Virus record (IMG/VR): IMGVR_UViG_3300032087_004682
Direction: 5' to 3' (one strand)
Length of the DNA: 64,000 nucleotides
Source: an uncultured virus (IMG/VR IMGVR_UViG_3300032087_004682)
Lineage: Duplodnaviria; Heunggongvirae; Uroviricota; Caudoviricetes
The notes under the pieces were generated by a model. That model saw nothing but the letters and a program-made list of their open reading frames with translations. It was not told the DNA's origin and ran no database searches. Below, piece after piece: positions 29,329 to 38,303 of the stretch; the first letter of the stretch is position 1; every line of letters starts with the position of its first letter. The translations under genes and the position numbers were made by a program.

Positions 29329-29427
29329 TTCTTCAGCTTATTTTTATAGGCTTTCCTTGCAAGTTCCAAGTCCACGGTTGTGGCTTTTTTAGGCTTAGAT
29401 TTTTTAGCGCAAGCAGCACAGCAACTT

Positions 29428-30015
29428 TTAGATTTCATAGTCATAATAAATTGTAAAAGACGAATTACTGATACCCAGCCAGTTTAACCTGGCACCAATC
29501 TCATTCTTCAGCCAATACTTAAAGTCATTTATGTATTGGGGTGCATACTTCATGCAGAGGTTTATAAGTATATCAATATTGTTCTTTATTGGTTTAAATA
29601 GGGCAAACGATACGGTATTTAACCTGGTTGGGTTATCATGGCTACCGATGCACTCCCAGGATATGTGCATCCGTGGATTATCCTGCTCTGCGTAAATTTT
29701 GTATTTTCTCTCATCACCCTTAGCCTCTATTGACTTTATAAGTTTACCCTTTTCAAGGTATATTTTCTTAACGCCTGCCTTACCATCAACACCAAGTATT
29801 ACATCCTCATAGTATTGATTTTTCGTATTGTAGAAGTCTACTAGATCCTTTGGGTAATTCTTTGAGATGTAATCACTAATTTCATCTGGGTAATCATGTA
29901 TTTGGTACGCCTTAATTACCCTGTATGGATTAAGTCCTTCCGGGCTTATTTTAATTGAATACTCAACTCCGTAAGGCTTCACTTCCTCATGGATTTTTTG
30001 CCACGACACTTCCAT
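29428..30015 (-). CDS. Hypothetical protein (start uncertain)
   Basis: 195-aa AT-rich ORF. Confidence 0.5.
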   Translation of the reverse strand: MEVSWQKIHEEVKPYGVEYSIKISPEGLNPYRVIKAYQIHDYPDEISDYISKNYPKDLVDFYNTKNQYYEDVILGVDGKAGVKKIYLEKGKLIKSIEAKGDERKYKIYAEQDNPRMHISWECIGSHDNPTRLNTVSFALFKPIKNNIDILINLCMKYAPQYINDFKYWLKNEIGARLNWLGISNSSFTIYYDYEI

Positions 30016-30233
30016 TTCTTACGGGAAAGATCGTTTGCGCATGGTGGTTTCTTGCACTTCTTGATGCCAGCAGATCGGGCGCAGTAAGCATCACCTTTTT
30101 TAGTGCCTGGACGGATGCGGTCTCCCCCACCCTTGGCTTTACCAGCTTGTCCGTAAGATACCTTACGCTTTCTTCCTGTTTTTGGATTTCGTACTACTTT
30201 TGCGAACCGTTTTCCTTTTGCGGGAGTTGCCAT
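29979..30233 (-). CDS. Small basic Cys-containing protein
   Basis: VSYGQ.G...PGT.KGDAYCARS...RKKWKC. Confidence 0.7.
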   Translation of the reverse strand: MATPAKGKRFAKVVRNPKTGRKRKVSYGQAGKAKGGGDRIRPGTKKGDAYCARSAGIKKCKKPPCANDLSRKKWKCRGKKSMRK

Positions 30234-30278
30234 AACTATTTCCTCGGTTTGTGCGCTTAGGCATTATTTTACAATTAC

Positions 30279-30635
30279 TCATTTTGTTAAATGGTTTTCC
30301 ATTTTGTCACGCAATCTATCTAATTCTTTTTCAAGATACTTCAGGCGCTCAAATTGTTGGTGGTCTGATGTGATGGGCATATCTTGCATTTCCACTAAAT
30401 GGTCTAAGTCACTCTTGGCTTGCTCTGCGAATTTCTCGATGTGCATCATGCGAGCAGACAGATCACCCAGCAAAGTTCCTTCGTGTTGTACCCTATCCAG
30501 TCCGTTGTCGAGCGTAGTAAGTTTATTCCAGATGACACTGTAGCCCCATACTGCGGTCCCGACAATAGCGATAACCTTTGCCATGAAAGCAAGGTTTGCT
30601 TTGACCTGGACATTTTCCCCTACCTCGGTAGCCAT
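30279..30635 (-). CDS. Membrane-anchored coiled-coil protein
   Basis: N-terminal TM segment followed by heptads. Confidence 0.6.
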   Translation of the reverse strand: MATEVGENVQVKANLAFMAKVIAIVGTAVWGYSVIWNKLTTLDNGLDRVQHEGTLLGDLSARMMHIEKFAEQAKSDLDHLVEMQDMPITSDHQQFERLKYLEKELDRLRDKMENHLTK

Positions 30636-30637
30636 GA

Positions 30638-30766
30638 TTAATGTTTATGAAGTAGGCATTTGCCTGCCCGCTTACATTTAGCTGGGTAAGGACATTTGCT
30701 ACATGGCTTAAAAGCCTTCTTTGTAGCAGTTTTCTTCTTTGTGGTTTTCTTTTTTGCGTGTGCCAT
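30638..30766 (-). CDS. 42-aa Lys-rich Cys4 peptide
   Basis: MAHAKKKTTKKKTATKKAFKPCSKCPYPAKCKRAGKCLLHKH, read directly from the sequence. Confidence 0.65.
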   Translation of the reverse strand: MAHAKKKTTKKKTATKKAFKPCSKCPYPAKCKRAGKCLLHKH

Positions 30767-30769
30767 AAC

Positions 30770-31009
30770 TTATGCTTTCTTTGTTCTGCGCCCCATGCCT
30801 ACTTTCCTTTTTTCAGCGACAAGAGCTTTTTTCTTTTTGCCAACCTGTTTCCATGTCTTTGGCGTTGATTTTGAAACTTTCTTACTGGGGCGACACTTCT
30901 TGACGCCCTTAGTTTTTTTATTTCCGCAAGGACGTCCGTTCTGATCCGTCCACTTTTCCTTAAACCAGCGTTTAAGATTAGCTCCAGCTTTGCCCTTACG
31001 CACTGCCAT
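30770..31009 (-). CDS. Small basic protein
   Basis: LKRWFKEKW...CG...CRPSKKVS..TPKT. Confidence 0.7.
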   Translation of the reverse strand: MAVRKGKAGANLKRWFKEKWTDQNGRPCGNKKTKGVKKCRPSKKVSKSTPKTWKQVGKKKKALVAEKRKVGMGRRTKKA

Positions 31010-31010
31010 A

Positions 31011-31145
31011 TCACTTTTTCTTCCCTGCCCTTTTCTTCCGACACTTGGCTATAGCTCCACTGGCATACGCACTCGGGAATACCTTATAGCTACGCTTTAC
31101 TTTGTGGTAACAAGCGTCTTTTTTAGATTTAGTTTTTTTCTTCAT
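31011..31145 (-). CDS. 44-aa basic peptide
   Basis: MKKKTKSKKDACYHKVKRSYKVFPSAYASGAIAKCRKKRAGKKK, read directly from the sequence. Confidence 0.65.
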   Translation of the reverse strand: MKKKTKSKKDACYHKVKRSYKVFPSAYASGAIAKCRKKRAGKKK

Positions 31146-31288
31146 AAAAGTGTAAATACAATTTCTAGTAGTGCGAACATCGTATCCATAATCAGGTCAC
31201 GCTCTAAAAAGAAAAATGTTAATGCTATTATCCATCTTAACTCATTTTGTAAATGCCCCACAGATACATTTTAATTCGTGTAACATAC

Positions 31289-31534
31289 CTACGCAATATA
31301 CTTTAATGTTTTCTGTTTCTTCTTTAAGTATGGTTGACCATGGTACCAGTCTCTCCACTTTTGACAGACCAGATCGGCTTCAGATTTAGTATCAAATTTA
31401 AGTCCAAACTCAATAGGGAGATTAGTTCCTTTTGCGAGACGTGGGCCGACAGCTCCCTCCCCCAGTAGGCTCTGGGATCTTATCACCCACCCCTCATCGC
31501 CCTTACGGACGACAAAAGTTAGGTCACTACTCAT
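31289..31534 (-). CDS. Hypothetical protein
   Basis: ORF in a tightly packed minus-strand operon. Confidence 0.5.
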   Translation of the reverse strand: MSSDLTFVVRKGDEGWVIRSQSLLGEGAVGPRLAKGTNLPIEFGLKFDTKSEADLVCQKWRDWYHGQPYLKKKQKTLKYIA

Positions 31535-31653
31535 CCTGCTCTTTAAGAGCGAGTAGTTGTTCTCTTTGTGCGATTAGTTTTATAATCAATGCAGCCCGGT
31601 CATTATCAAGGCGCTCTTTCTTTGCCTCGATCATTTCCAGGTCTTGCTGAATA

Positions 31654-31905
31654 TTACGCATGCGCACTTTCAGAACTTGCTCCTGTGATTCCTTCTTCAT
31701 GTTTACTTATTTGGTCAACACACCACTTATAAGCCTGCTCCAGCTTACCCTCTTCAAATCCCTTGGATGTTTGATGGCAGTTTTCTGCCGTCAGGTAATT
31801 AAAGTGAGCCATCCAGAATGGTTCGGGTAGATCCATCATCTCTATGGTGGCACTACAACCAAGGCGTTTAATCTCACCCCTAAACTTATCCCATTTCATT
31901 ACCAT
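31654..31905 (-). CDS. Hypothetical protein
   Basis: ORF overlapping the upstream gene. Confidence 0.5.
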   Translation of the reverse strand: MVMKWDKFRGEIKRLGCSATIEMMDLPEPFWMAHFNYLTAENCHQTSKGFEEGKLEQAYKWCVDQISKHEEGITGASSESAHA

Positions 31906-32201
31906 CCGAAATTATCTCCAAATCTATCCCTGCCCCAGCAGTGGTCTTTCACTAATGCTTTATAAGGCGTATAACACCCACATCCCATAGCTGACTCAGG
32001 GAATGGACGACATGTCTTACGCTCCTTATCAAATATTGGGCATTTATAACAAATTAGTATCCTTGCCCGCCACATTTCCTGAGAGTACGGTGACCTTGCA
32101 ATTTGGAAGGCTGCCTTCAGGATTTCAAGGTAATCACGCCAAGAAACCTTCGGGCCAAATGCCACCCGAAGAAATTCTTTAAAGCGTTTAAAAGAAATCA
32201 T
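31899..32201 (-). CDS. Cys-rich Zn-binding protein
   Basis: R..ICYKCP...C...GCGC...K....C motif. Confidence 0.6.
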   Translation of the reverse strand: MISFKRFKEFLRVAFGPKVSWRDYLEILKAAFQIARSPYSQEMWRARILICYKCPIFDKERKTCRPFPESAMGCGCYTPYKALVKDHCWGRDRFGDNFGW

Positions 32202-32776
32202 CTTTTTCTGCGACCTCTTGGTGGGGGTGGCATTTCGGGGTTAGGTTCACGCTCAGGCATTCTTCTTGCGAATTTCAAATTCTCCCTGCCGGCTGGAGCT
32301 TCCTCGCCCCTCCTACCAAATTTACCACGTGGCCTTGATTGCATTTCCCCGATAGCACCCAGTCCAGCTGGTTGCCCTCCATATATATCCCCTCTCATAC
32401 CAAACTTACCACCGCTTCTCATTGGCACTCTTGGGTCATTCATCTCTGACACCTGAACCTCTGGTGCTGGCATAGGCGGGGGCATAGGTGCCACAGGCTC
32501 TGGCTGGGGTTGTACAGGTTGTTGTACAGGTGCTGGTAATTGAGCAGCCTCTGGTCTGGACATGTCAATGCTCCCAAACATTGGATTATCTGGGGTCGAT
32601 TGTTTGACTAATCCAGCAATTACATCAGATCTGGAATCAGCTATGGAGCCATCTGCATTATTTTTTATCTCAGGCTCAAAATTTTTAAGCAGTGCGGGAT
32701 CAATTGCAAATTGAGGCTTTGCGTAAGATTGATTTTGAGTTGGCTGAAGCCTATTACTGGGGCGAAGTCCAAACAT
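32198..32776 (-). CDS. Pro-rich low-complexity protein, possible internal virion protein
   Basis: Composition and operon context. Confidence 0.5.
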   Translation of the reverse strand: MFGLRPSNRLQPTQNQSYAKPQFAIDPALLKNFEPEIKNNADGSIADSRSDVIAGLVKQSTPDNPMFGSIDMSRPEAAQLPAPVQQPVQPQPEPVAPMPPPMPAPEVQVSEMNDPRVPMRSGGKFGMRGDIYGGQPAGLGAIGEMQSRPRGKFGRRGEEAPAGRENLKFARRMPEREPNPEMPPPPRGRRKR

Positions 32777-32778
32777 AA

Positions 32779-33237
32779 TTAAAGGTAGTTAGTGTATGAT
32801 GGAGCCTGCATTGGAGCTTGGTTATACATATCATAACCATAAGTAGCTGGCTCCCTGGGAACTGATTTTTGTTTACTTGGTGAAAATAAACCCGCTTGAG
32901 GCATAGGTGTTTCAGTTTTTGCTCCTAAGCCAGAAGGCAACGCCTCCTGCTCGGGTTCGCCTGTTACAGGATTAACTGGAGTATAAATATAAGGATTGGG
33001 GGCATCTTTACCTAATGCCTTATTTACTATTTTGGGAATTATGGCACCTCTCAGGAATCCCATTATTCCACTCCCCTTTTTAATTGCGGGAGCATAATTC
33101 TCGTACTCCGGGTTGGCGGCTCGGGTGTAGTACTGGCCATCCTTTTCGTACATCAAGTTGTATCCATCTGTTCCACCTTGAGGTTGATACATTTGCCCCA
33201 CTCTGGGGACGGCGGGCATTACTGATACAAAAGCCAT
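32779..33237 (-). CDS. Hypothetical protein, possible internal virion protein
   Basis: TAATG-coupled start MAFVSVMPAV, similar to the MAFVAVIPAV start of the 33578-34516 protein. Confidence 0.5.
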   Translation of the reverse strand: MAFVSVMPAVPRVGQMYQPQGGTDGYNLMYEKDGQYYTRAANPEYENYAPAIKKGSGIMGFLRGAIIPKIVNKALGKDAPNPYIYTPVNPVTGEPEQEALPSGLGAKTETPMPQAGLFSPSKQKSVPREPATYGYDMYNQAPMQAPSYTNYL

Positions 33238-33581
33238 TACACACCCACCTTCCTGCAAAATTTTTTCATGTCGTATATTTTATTTGGCATATCCTTACCT
33301 TTCTTATTCCTAAAAAAAATTAACTTAGGTAGCTCTGGTACAAGCATTCGGAGCATGTACTTTATACACCCATCCCCCGCAGCCCATCTTACATACCAGG
33401 CATCTGGATCTTTTACCCCCCATTGATTCGTTGGGTCTTCAGATGAGTTAACAGCCTTATACATCAGAAACATCCCGTGCCCCGAGTAGACAATTCCCCA
33501 GGTAAGATAGTCTTGTAGCTCATCCCAGAAATCCTCATTTCTCTCTCCATACTGCTCAATTACTCTATTAATTGCATTCAC
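33237..33581 (-). CDS. Degenerate GNAT-like / virion assembly protein
   Basis: AWYVRWAAG segment; lies among putative internal virion genes. Confidence 0.4.
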   Translation of the reverse strand: MNAINRVIEQYGERNEDFWDELQDYLTWGIVYSGHGMFLMYKAVNSSEDPTNQWGVKDPDAWYVRWAAGDGCIKYMLRMLVPELPKLIFFRNKKGKDMPNKIYDMKKFCRKVGV

Positions 33582-34516
33582 CGCATTGATGTAACCCTAG
33601 AGCCATATACATTCTGGAGTGAATTTCCTGCTCCCATTGCTGCTGCTTGTCTCCTTTGTATTTCTTCTTCCTCTGGAGTCATTGCACCTCTTTGGTATGG
33701 ATTGTAATTCTTGACTGAAGGATTAACCCCGCCTGTTAATTGATTATTGTACTGCACTGCAGCTTGTTGGTTTTGGGCGTATCCAGATGGTTGCCCTGCA
33801 AGATTCAATTGACTGCGTTGACCACCTATTGGCTGACCGCCACGAATAATGGTTGTTTGTGGTGCAGTAATAGGTCGAGTCTGTACTCCTGTCTGGCTAA
33901 CTCCACCAGATGATCTTCGTTTGTCCGAGTTACCCAAACCAAGTGCCTGACCAGTTTTGCCAATTTTTCCAATGGTATTAGCTATTCCTTTAAGGCCATC
34001 AAATGCTCCTCCACCACCACTTCCAGTTGGCATACCAGCCACTTCACCAAGTGGGGGTCCACCTGATCCGGGTAAACTCATTTGGGGAAGACCGCTTGCA
34101 TCAGTCATCGGTACTGACCCTGCGGGCGCAGCCGGATTAACCCAACTCGGGGTAACACCAGCTGATCCTATATTTGGCAATGCTCCACCAACCATCTTAT
34201 CAACCCCAGTGTACATTCCACCAAGTCCACCAATTAAATTACTACCAGCACCTAGTAACCCACTACCCAGTGAAGATACTGCTCCACCAATGTTACCAGC
34301 AGCTAATCCACCAATACCACCGGCTAAACCACTACCGATTGAGCCTACCATACCACCTAATCCACTAACTGCTGGCCCCAAAACACCACCAATTACAGGG
34401 ATTGAAGATGCCAACCCCCCAATTGCTCCCAATCCTGAAGCCAATCCAGCCCCAATTGCACCAACTCCTGTTGCGATTGCTCCACCTACTGCGGGTATTA
34501 CTGCTACAAATGCCAT
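33578..34516 (-). CDS. Gly-rich internal virion / DNA-ejection-like protein
   Basis: Long hydrophobic Gly-zipper N-terminus and Q-rich C-terminus. Confidence 0.6.
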   Translation of the reverse strand: MAFVAVIPAVGGAIATGVGAIGAGLASGLGAIGGLASSIPVIGGVLGPAVSGLGGMVGSIGSGLAGGIGGLAAGNIGGAVSSLGSGLLGAGSNLIGGLGGMYTGVDKMVGGALPNIGSAGVTPSWVNPAAPAGSVPMTDASGLPQMSLPGSGGPPLGEVAGMPTGSGGGGAFDGLKGIANTIGKIGKTGQALGLGNSDKRRSSGGVSQTGVQTRPITAPQTTIIRGGQPIGGQRSQLNLAGQPSGYAQNQQAAVQYNNQLTGGVNPSVKNYNPYQRGAMTPEEEEIQRRQAAAMGAGNSLQNVYGSRVTSMR

Positions 34517-34520
34517 GATC

Positions 34521-34991
34521 TTATGTGTTTTTGTGTTCTAGTTCTAATTCACTGAAGTCATCTGCCACTACTTCACGCTCAACTCCCTCAACTGTATCCT
34601 CCTGAGTGGCATGTACTGTATACCATTCAATATCCTCAAGTATCTCCATGAGTCGCTTAGTACCAGCTTGGGTAAAACCAAAATGGGGTGCTTCCAGTAT
34701 TTCCACCCCGTCCTCTGTCAAAATTTTTGCCTTACCCTTTAAAATAAAAAATGGATGGGTAACTTTGTGGATTTTTGTAGTAAATAACATCCCTTTAGGG
34801 GCTGATGCCCTACGAATGTACATACCAGATACAAAATGGTGATCCATTTCCCCACCAATCTTCTCCACCCAGTCGTTTCCTGTGATATGACCAGGGTTTT
34901 TCTTCCACATTGTTTCTAATTTAAGCATACCATCCTTAACATCCACGCCTTGCGTGATGCTTGAGTCTGAATTTTTCACTAATTCACCCAT
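34521..34991 (-). CDS. Cupin-fold protein
   Basis: HHF..GMYIR...KIHK..H....KG....APH...AGTKR......W.TVH. Confidence 0.7.
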   Translation of the reverse strand: MGELVKNSDSSITQGVDVKDGMLKLETMWKKNPGHITGNDWVEKIGGEMDHHFVSGMYIRRASAPKGMLFTTKIHKVTHPFFILKGKAKILTEDGVEILEAPHFGFTQAGTKRLMEILEDIEWYTVHATQEDTVEGVEREVVADDFSELELEHKNT

Positions 34992-35313
34992 GCTTACATT
35001 GTTACTATATTATTATTGTAACCTTATTTAGGTCAAGAGGCAATATAGATGTCTCACCCGTCATAAAAACCCCGTACAGGGGTGTATATGGGCTTTGTAG
35101 AGGGTATTGGAATTGTTTGTAGGCTCTGGAAACTTGAGAAAAGGGTTATATAACTACAAAACAAACTGAAGCAAAACCCCCCAAGCCCCCCCCTGTTACA
35201 CTATATTAATATTGTAACTTGTGTTTTATAAGTCGTTGTTTGGCAAAGGATTCTAAGGTTGTAAGTAGATTGCACAACGCAACTACACAAACAAAACCCA
35301 AAGTTATAAAATT

Positions 35314-35793
35314 ATGACAACTACAAAATCAAAACCTCGCAGAGCGAAAGCATCCACCAAGAAAGCAACAACCACAGAACCAAAGGTTGAAACTATCATT
35401 GAAACTATCACCACAAGTGACAAGTTGACGGATGCACAACGCATTGAAACAGCAAGACAATTACTCGCCCCTATTACTGAAGTAATGTTGCTTGCAGTTG
35501 TAGAGGATGAAGACGGCAACCCTGTTCTTGAACTACCAAGCAAGACAATGAGTTTTGCAACGGACTTAGCAGGAATAGCAAAAAGCCACTCCGAAAAAAT
35601 CAGACGCGACCAAGCGGGCAAACTGCTTGATTGCTTAATGGGTAGAACCACCATTGACGCTAACGGCAACGAGAAAGCCACAGGTTTAGGTTGCTACTCA
35701 GTCAAACAGGTTGATTTCCTACGCCAAGCACGAGGAAACAACAAACTCAGAGGAGCATCCAAAACCGGTTCTCAATACTCCTTTGGAGAGTAA
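35314..35793 (+). CDS. First early-region protein, unknown function
   Basis: 159-aa ORF with a K/T-rich N-terminus, following a divergent intergenic region. Confidence 0.6.
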   Translation: MTTTKSKPRRAKASTKKATTTEPKVETIIETITTSDKLTDAQRIETARQLLAPITEVMLLAVVEDEDGNPVLELPSKTMSFATDLAGIAKSHSEKIRRDQAGKLLDCLMGRTTIDANGNEKATGLGCYSVKQVDFLRQARGNNKLRGASKTGSQYSFGE

Positions 35794-36064
35794 TTAAATC
35801 AATAGTTTTTCCTTAGTTTCTATTCAAAAAACTAAGAATCTTTTTTCCCTTTTTTGACATAGTGTAAAGGCTCGCCAATGGGATAAGTAAGGAATGATTT
35901 GCGAATCATTGCCCGAAAAAGACATAGCGAAAGGTTGCACGACCAAAGATAAATTTTGCGAATCAATCCAATGGATTGGTTTGCCTTAGATGAATTGTGC
36001 CTAAAATAATTCACTTTTTTTTGAACTTTTTTTTGTTCACTTTTTTTTAAGCATATCGCTATCA

Positions 36065-37280
36065 CCGAGCAAGTTGTGCGTGGTGTACATGGTACACTCG
36101 GCAGCTTGGCTCGTACGCCACGCCTTGTGCGTGGTGTGGATCAGCAGATGTGTGTTGGATCAATATACCTTTGATTTATCTCTCACGACATTTGATATAT
36201 TTTTGGTAAGCTATCACTACGCCTATGCCATGCAATATGCACATGTTTAATGGTGGTCGCTTGTGTCCTATGCCTGCCTGTGGGTGGGGTAGTCCGCACG
36301 CATCCATACACCATGTAATGCGGTGGGTATGCTGTAAATATGCCCCGCTATCATTGCGACATGTACGTGCCGAGTCGGGTGGATCCGCTTGATGCCCAGA
36401 CCATATGGATGGTCGCAGGGTACAGGAATGACCTGTTCAGTCTCTTGAGTACATGTTGGTAGATCATTGGTAGTCGCCTAGACCATGACATGTCTGGTTC
36501 TACTCCAGATGCACCTCTATGTTGGTGTATGTGCCGAAGGGTATTGTGTATGTGTCCTACTTAGTAGGGGGTAATGATTTCCCCAGAGGATGTATCCCGT
36601 TGTGAGTCCGAAAGGAGCGGTTGGTCAGGGTTTACCGAAGTACGTAGCACGTCGACATGGGCGTGTGAAATCCCTGCAATGGGAGCCAATCGCTATACAA
36701 AACACATTGACGAGCCCGCACAAGATGTACCCACACCTTGGTGTCAGGTATACGCGCGTTGTCATGTGAAGTGTACACCTCCCGCATCGGGGAGGAGTAT
36801 CCAAATGCCATATGTATTCCAGGTGGAGTGGCGTCCGCACAGTCTATAGTTGCAAGCCTGGGCAGATATGTACCGCAAGAGGATATTAGTCAGTACCTTA
36901 CCCACTTAGTTGAGGGTGAACGCCTAACGCATATAAACAAAGCGTGTGCCTCTAGTCAGAGGTATGAGCAGATGTAGGGTCAGCTACCATGTGGTGTCGC
37001 CTGTGCGCCATGTGGTATGCACCCACGTATTACTACTCCCAGAGATATGACGAGATCTCTACACATGCCAGAGATTAAGTAGTAGTGCGTGCCAATCTAA
37101 CAACAGGCAGTGCCTCATCCCCAAACAGCTACGGCTGAGGTCGTAGTGGGATGCACCACTCGTACACCAAGCTCGGTGTGCGGGTGGTAATATTTCACAT
37201 CCAATAACCTCAACAAGGAGGAGTCATGTAAACAAAAAGCACAGTCAGGGGGTTTGGGTGCCCCCGCTTTTATTTTAACG
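36065..37280 (+). ncRNA. Candidate large structured non-coding RNA (~1.2 kb)
   Basis: No credible ORF; many stems containing G-U pairs, a GAAA tetraloop (36607-36616), multibranch helices; ends at a terminator. Confidence 0.6.
37248..37276 (+). terminator. Rho-independent terminator
   Basis: GGGGG-TTTGGGTG-CCCCC then GCTTTTATTTT. Confidence 0.65.
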
Positions 37281-37347
37281 TGCTATCACGCACACACATA
37301 TACATACAACCGAGGGGTGCCACCTCGTTAAACACGGCAGCAGTAAC

Positions 37348-37716
37348 ATGGATAATCCAACATACTTCGTAGTTCTTCTTAATGAAGGCTTTGATGAGCA
37401 AGGCAGATATGAACAAGTTGCCAAACTATCTACATCTATATGGAGTAACTCTTTGCGGGGTGACCGAGATCTCGTAGGAGATTTGCGGTACGATCATGTA
37501 GTTGTGGTGCAATGTGTATCTGACTGCGACCTTAAGACAGCCCTGGCAGAATGCAACATGGATAATCTGCCGGTTGACTATAATACTCACACCAATCTAA
37601 CAACAGGCAAAAGCCTCCGCAGTATATGCTCATTGGCATTTCTTGTGGATAAAGAGAGATGGGATGAGTACTGGAAAAATTCAGTATCGTGCATGGGGTA
37701 TGGAGCATTTGAATGA
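37348..37716 (+). CDS. Hypothetical early protein
   Basis: First ORF after the ncRNA tract; contains an 18-nt copy of an ncRNA segment. Confidence 0.55.
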   Translation: MDNPTYFVVLLNEGFDEQGRYEQVAKLSTSIWSNSLRGDRDLVGDLRYDHVVVVQCVSDCDLKTALAECNMDNLPVDYNTHTNLTTGKSLRSICSLAFLVDKERWDEYWKNSVSCMGYGAFE

Positions 37717-38105
37717 GCCCGCGCGACAAATGGAAACAAGGGCACAGGCAACAATACCACAAGCCAGTGCGTAACTGTCTCAGTCCAGCACGCTATGCCA
37801 CACCAAAGAGGCAAGCTCCACACGGACTGACTAACTCTTTCCCTCTACTCACAGAGGAGGAAGCTAAACGCCTCACTGAGGCACTAGATAAGAAAGGTAT
37901 AAGTAAATGAAGAATCGTATAACTTCGGCTACACCAGCCGACATCATCAATGGACCACTGCCTCCACACAGGCGAGTGGTAATAGTACCTAATGGTAAGC
38001 ATAGTCCTACCATTCAGGTATTATACTCACACAACCCTCCATCAAAGGAGGATGTTAAGTTTAAGAGTGCTCATAACCGTCAAGGTATGCCCACGGGGTG
38101 TTGAC

Positions 38106-38303
38106 ATGAGTAGCATGAAATACTTGGTCACTTATGTAATGTATGAGTGTCCTGATGTATTCACGGATCACTATGAAGCCTTTGATACCTTGGAGGATGC
38201 AATGGAAAGGTATGAGGAGCTATTAGAGTTATTCAAAGACGGCATATCCAAAGTATGGTCTGCCAATGTATCCAAAGTGTTAAGGAGCACTGATTACTTA
38301 TGA
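38106..38303 (+). CDS. Small hypothetical early protein
   Basis: MSSMKYLVTY...FDTLEDA; ATGA-coupled to the next gene. Confidence 0.5.
   Translation: MSSMKYLVTYVMYECPDVFTDHYEAFDTLEDAMERYEELLELFKDGISKVWSANVSKVLRSTDYL

Noticed and set aside
33957..34541. 194-aa Pro-rich plus-strand ORF
   Set aside because: Antisense shadow of the Gly-rich gene.
36574..36977. Short ORFs inside the non-coding tract
   Set aside because: No SD or coupling, atypical composition, and they overlap strong stems.
36074..37280. Group II or group I intron (GTGCG starts, GTGAAATCCC)
   Set aside because: No recognisable domain V, group I core, RT or homing endonuclease ORF, and no interrupted gene.
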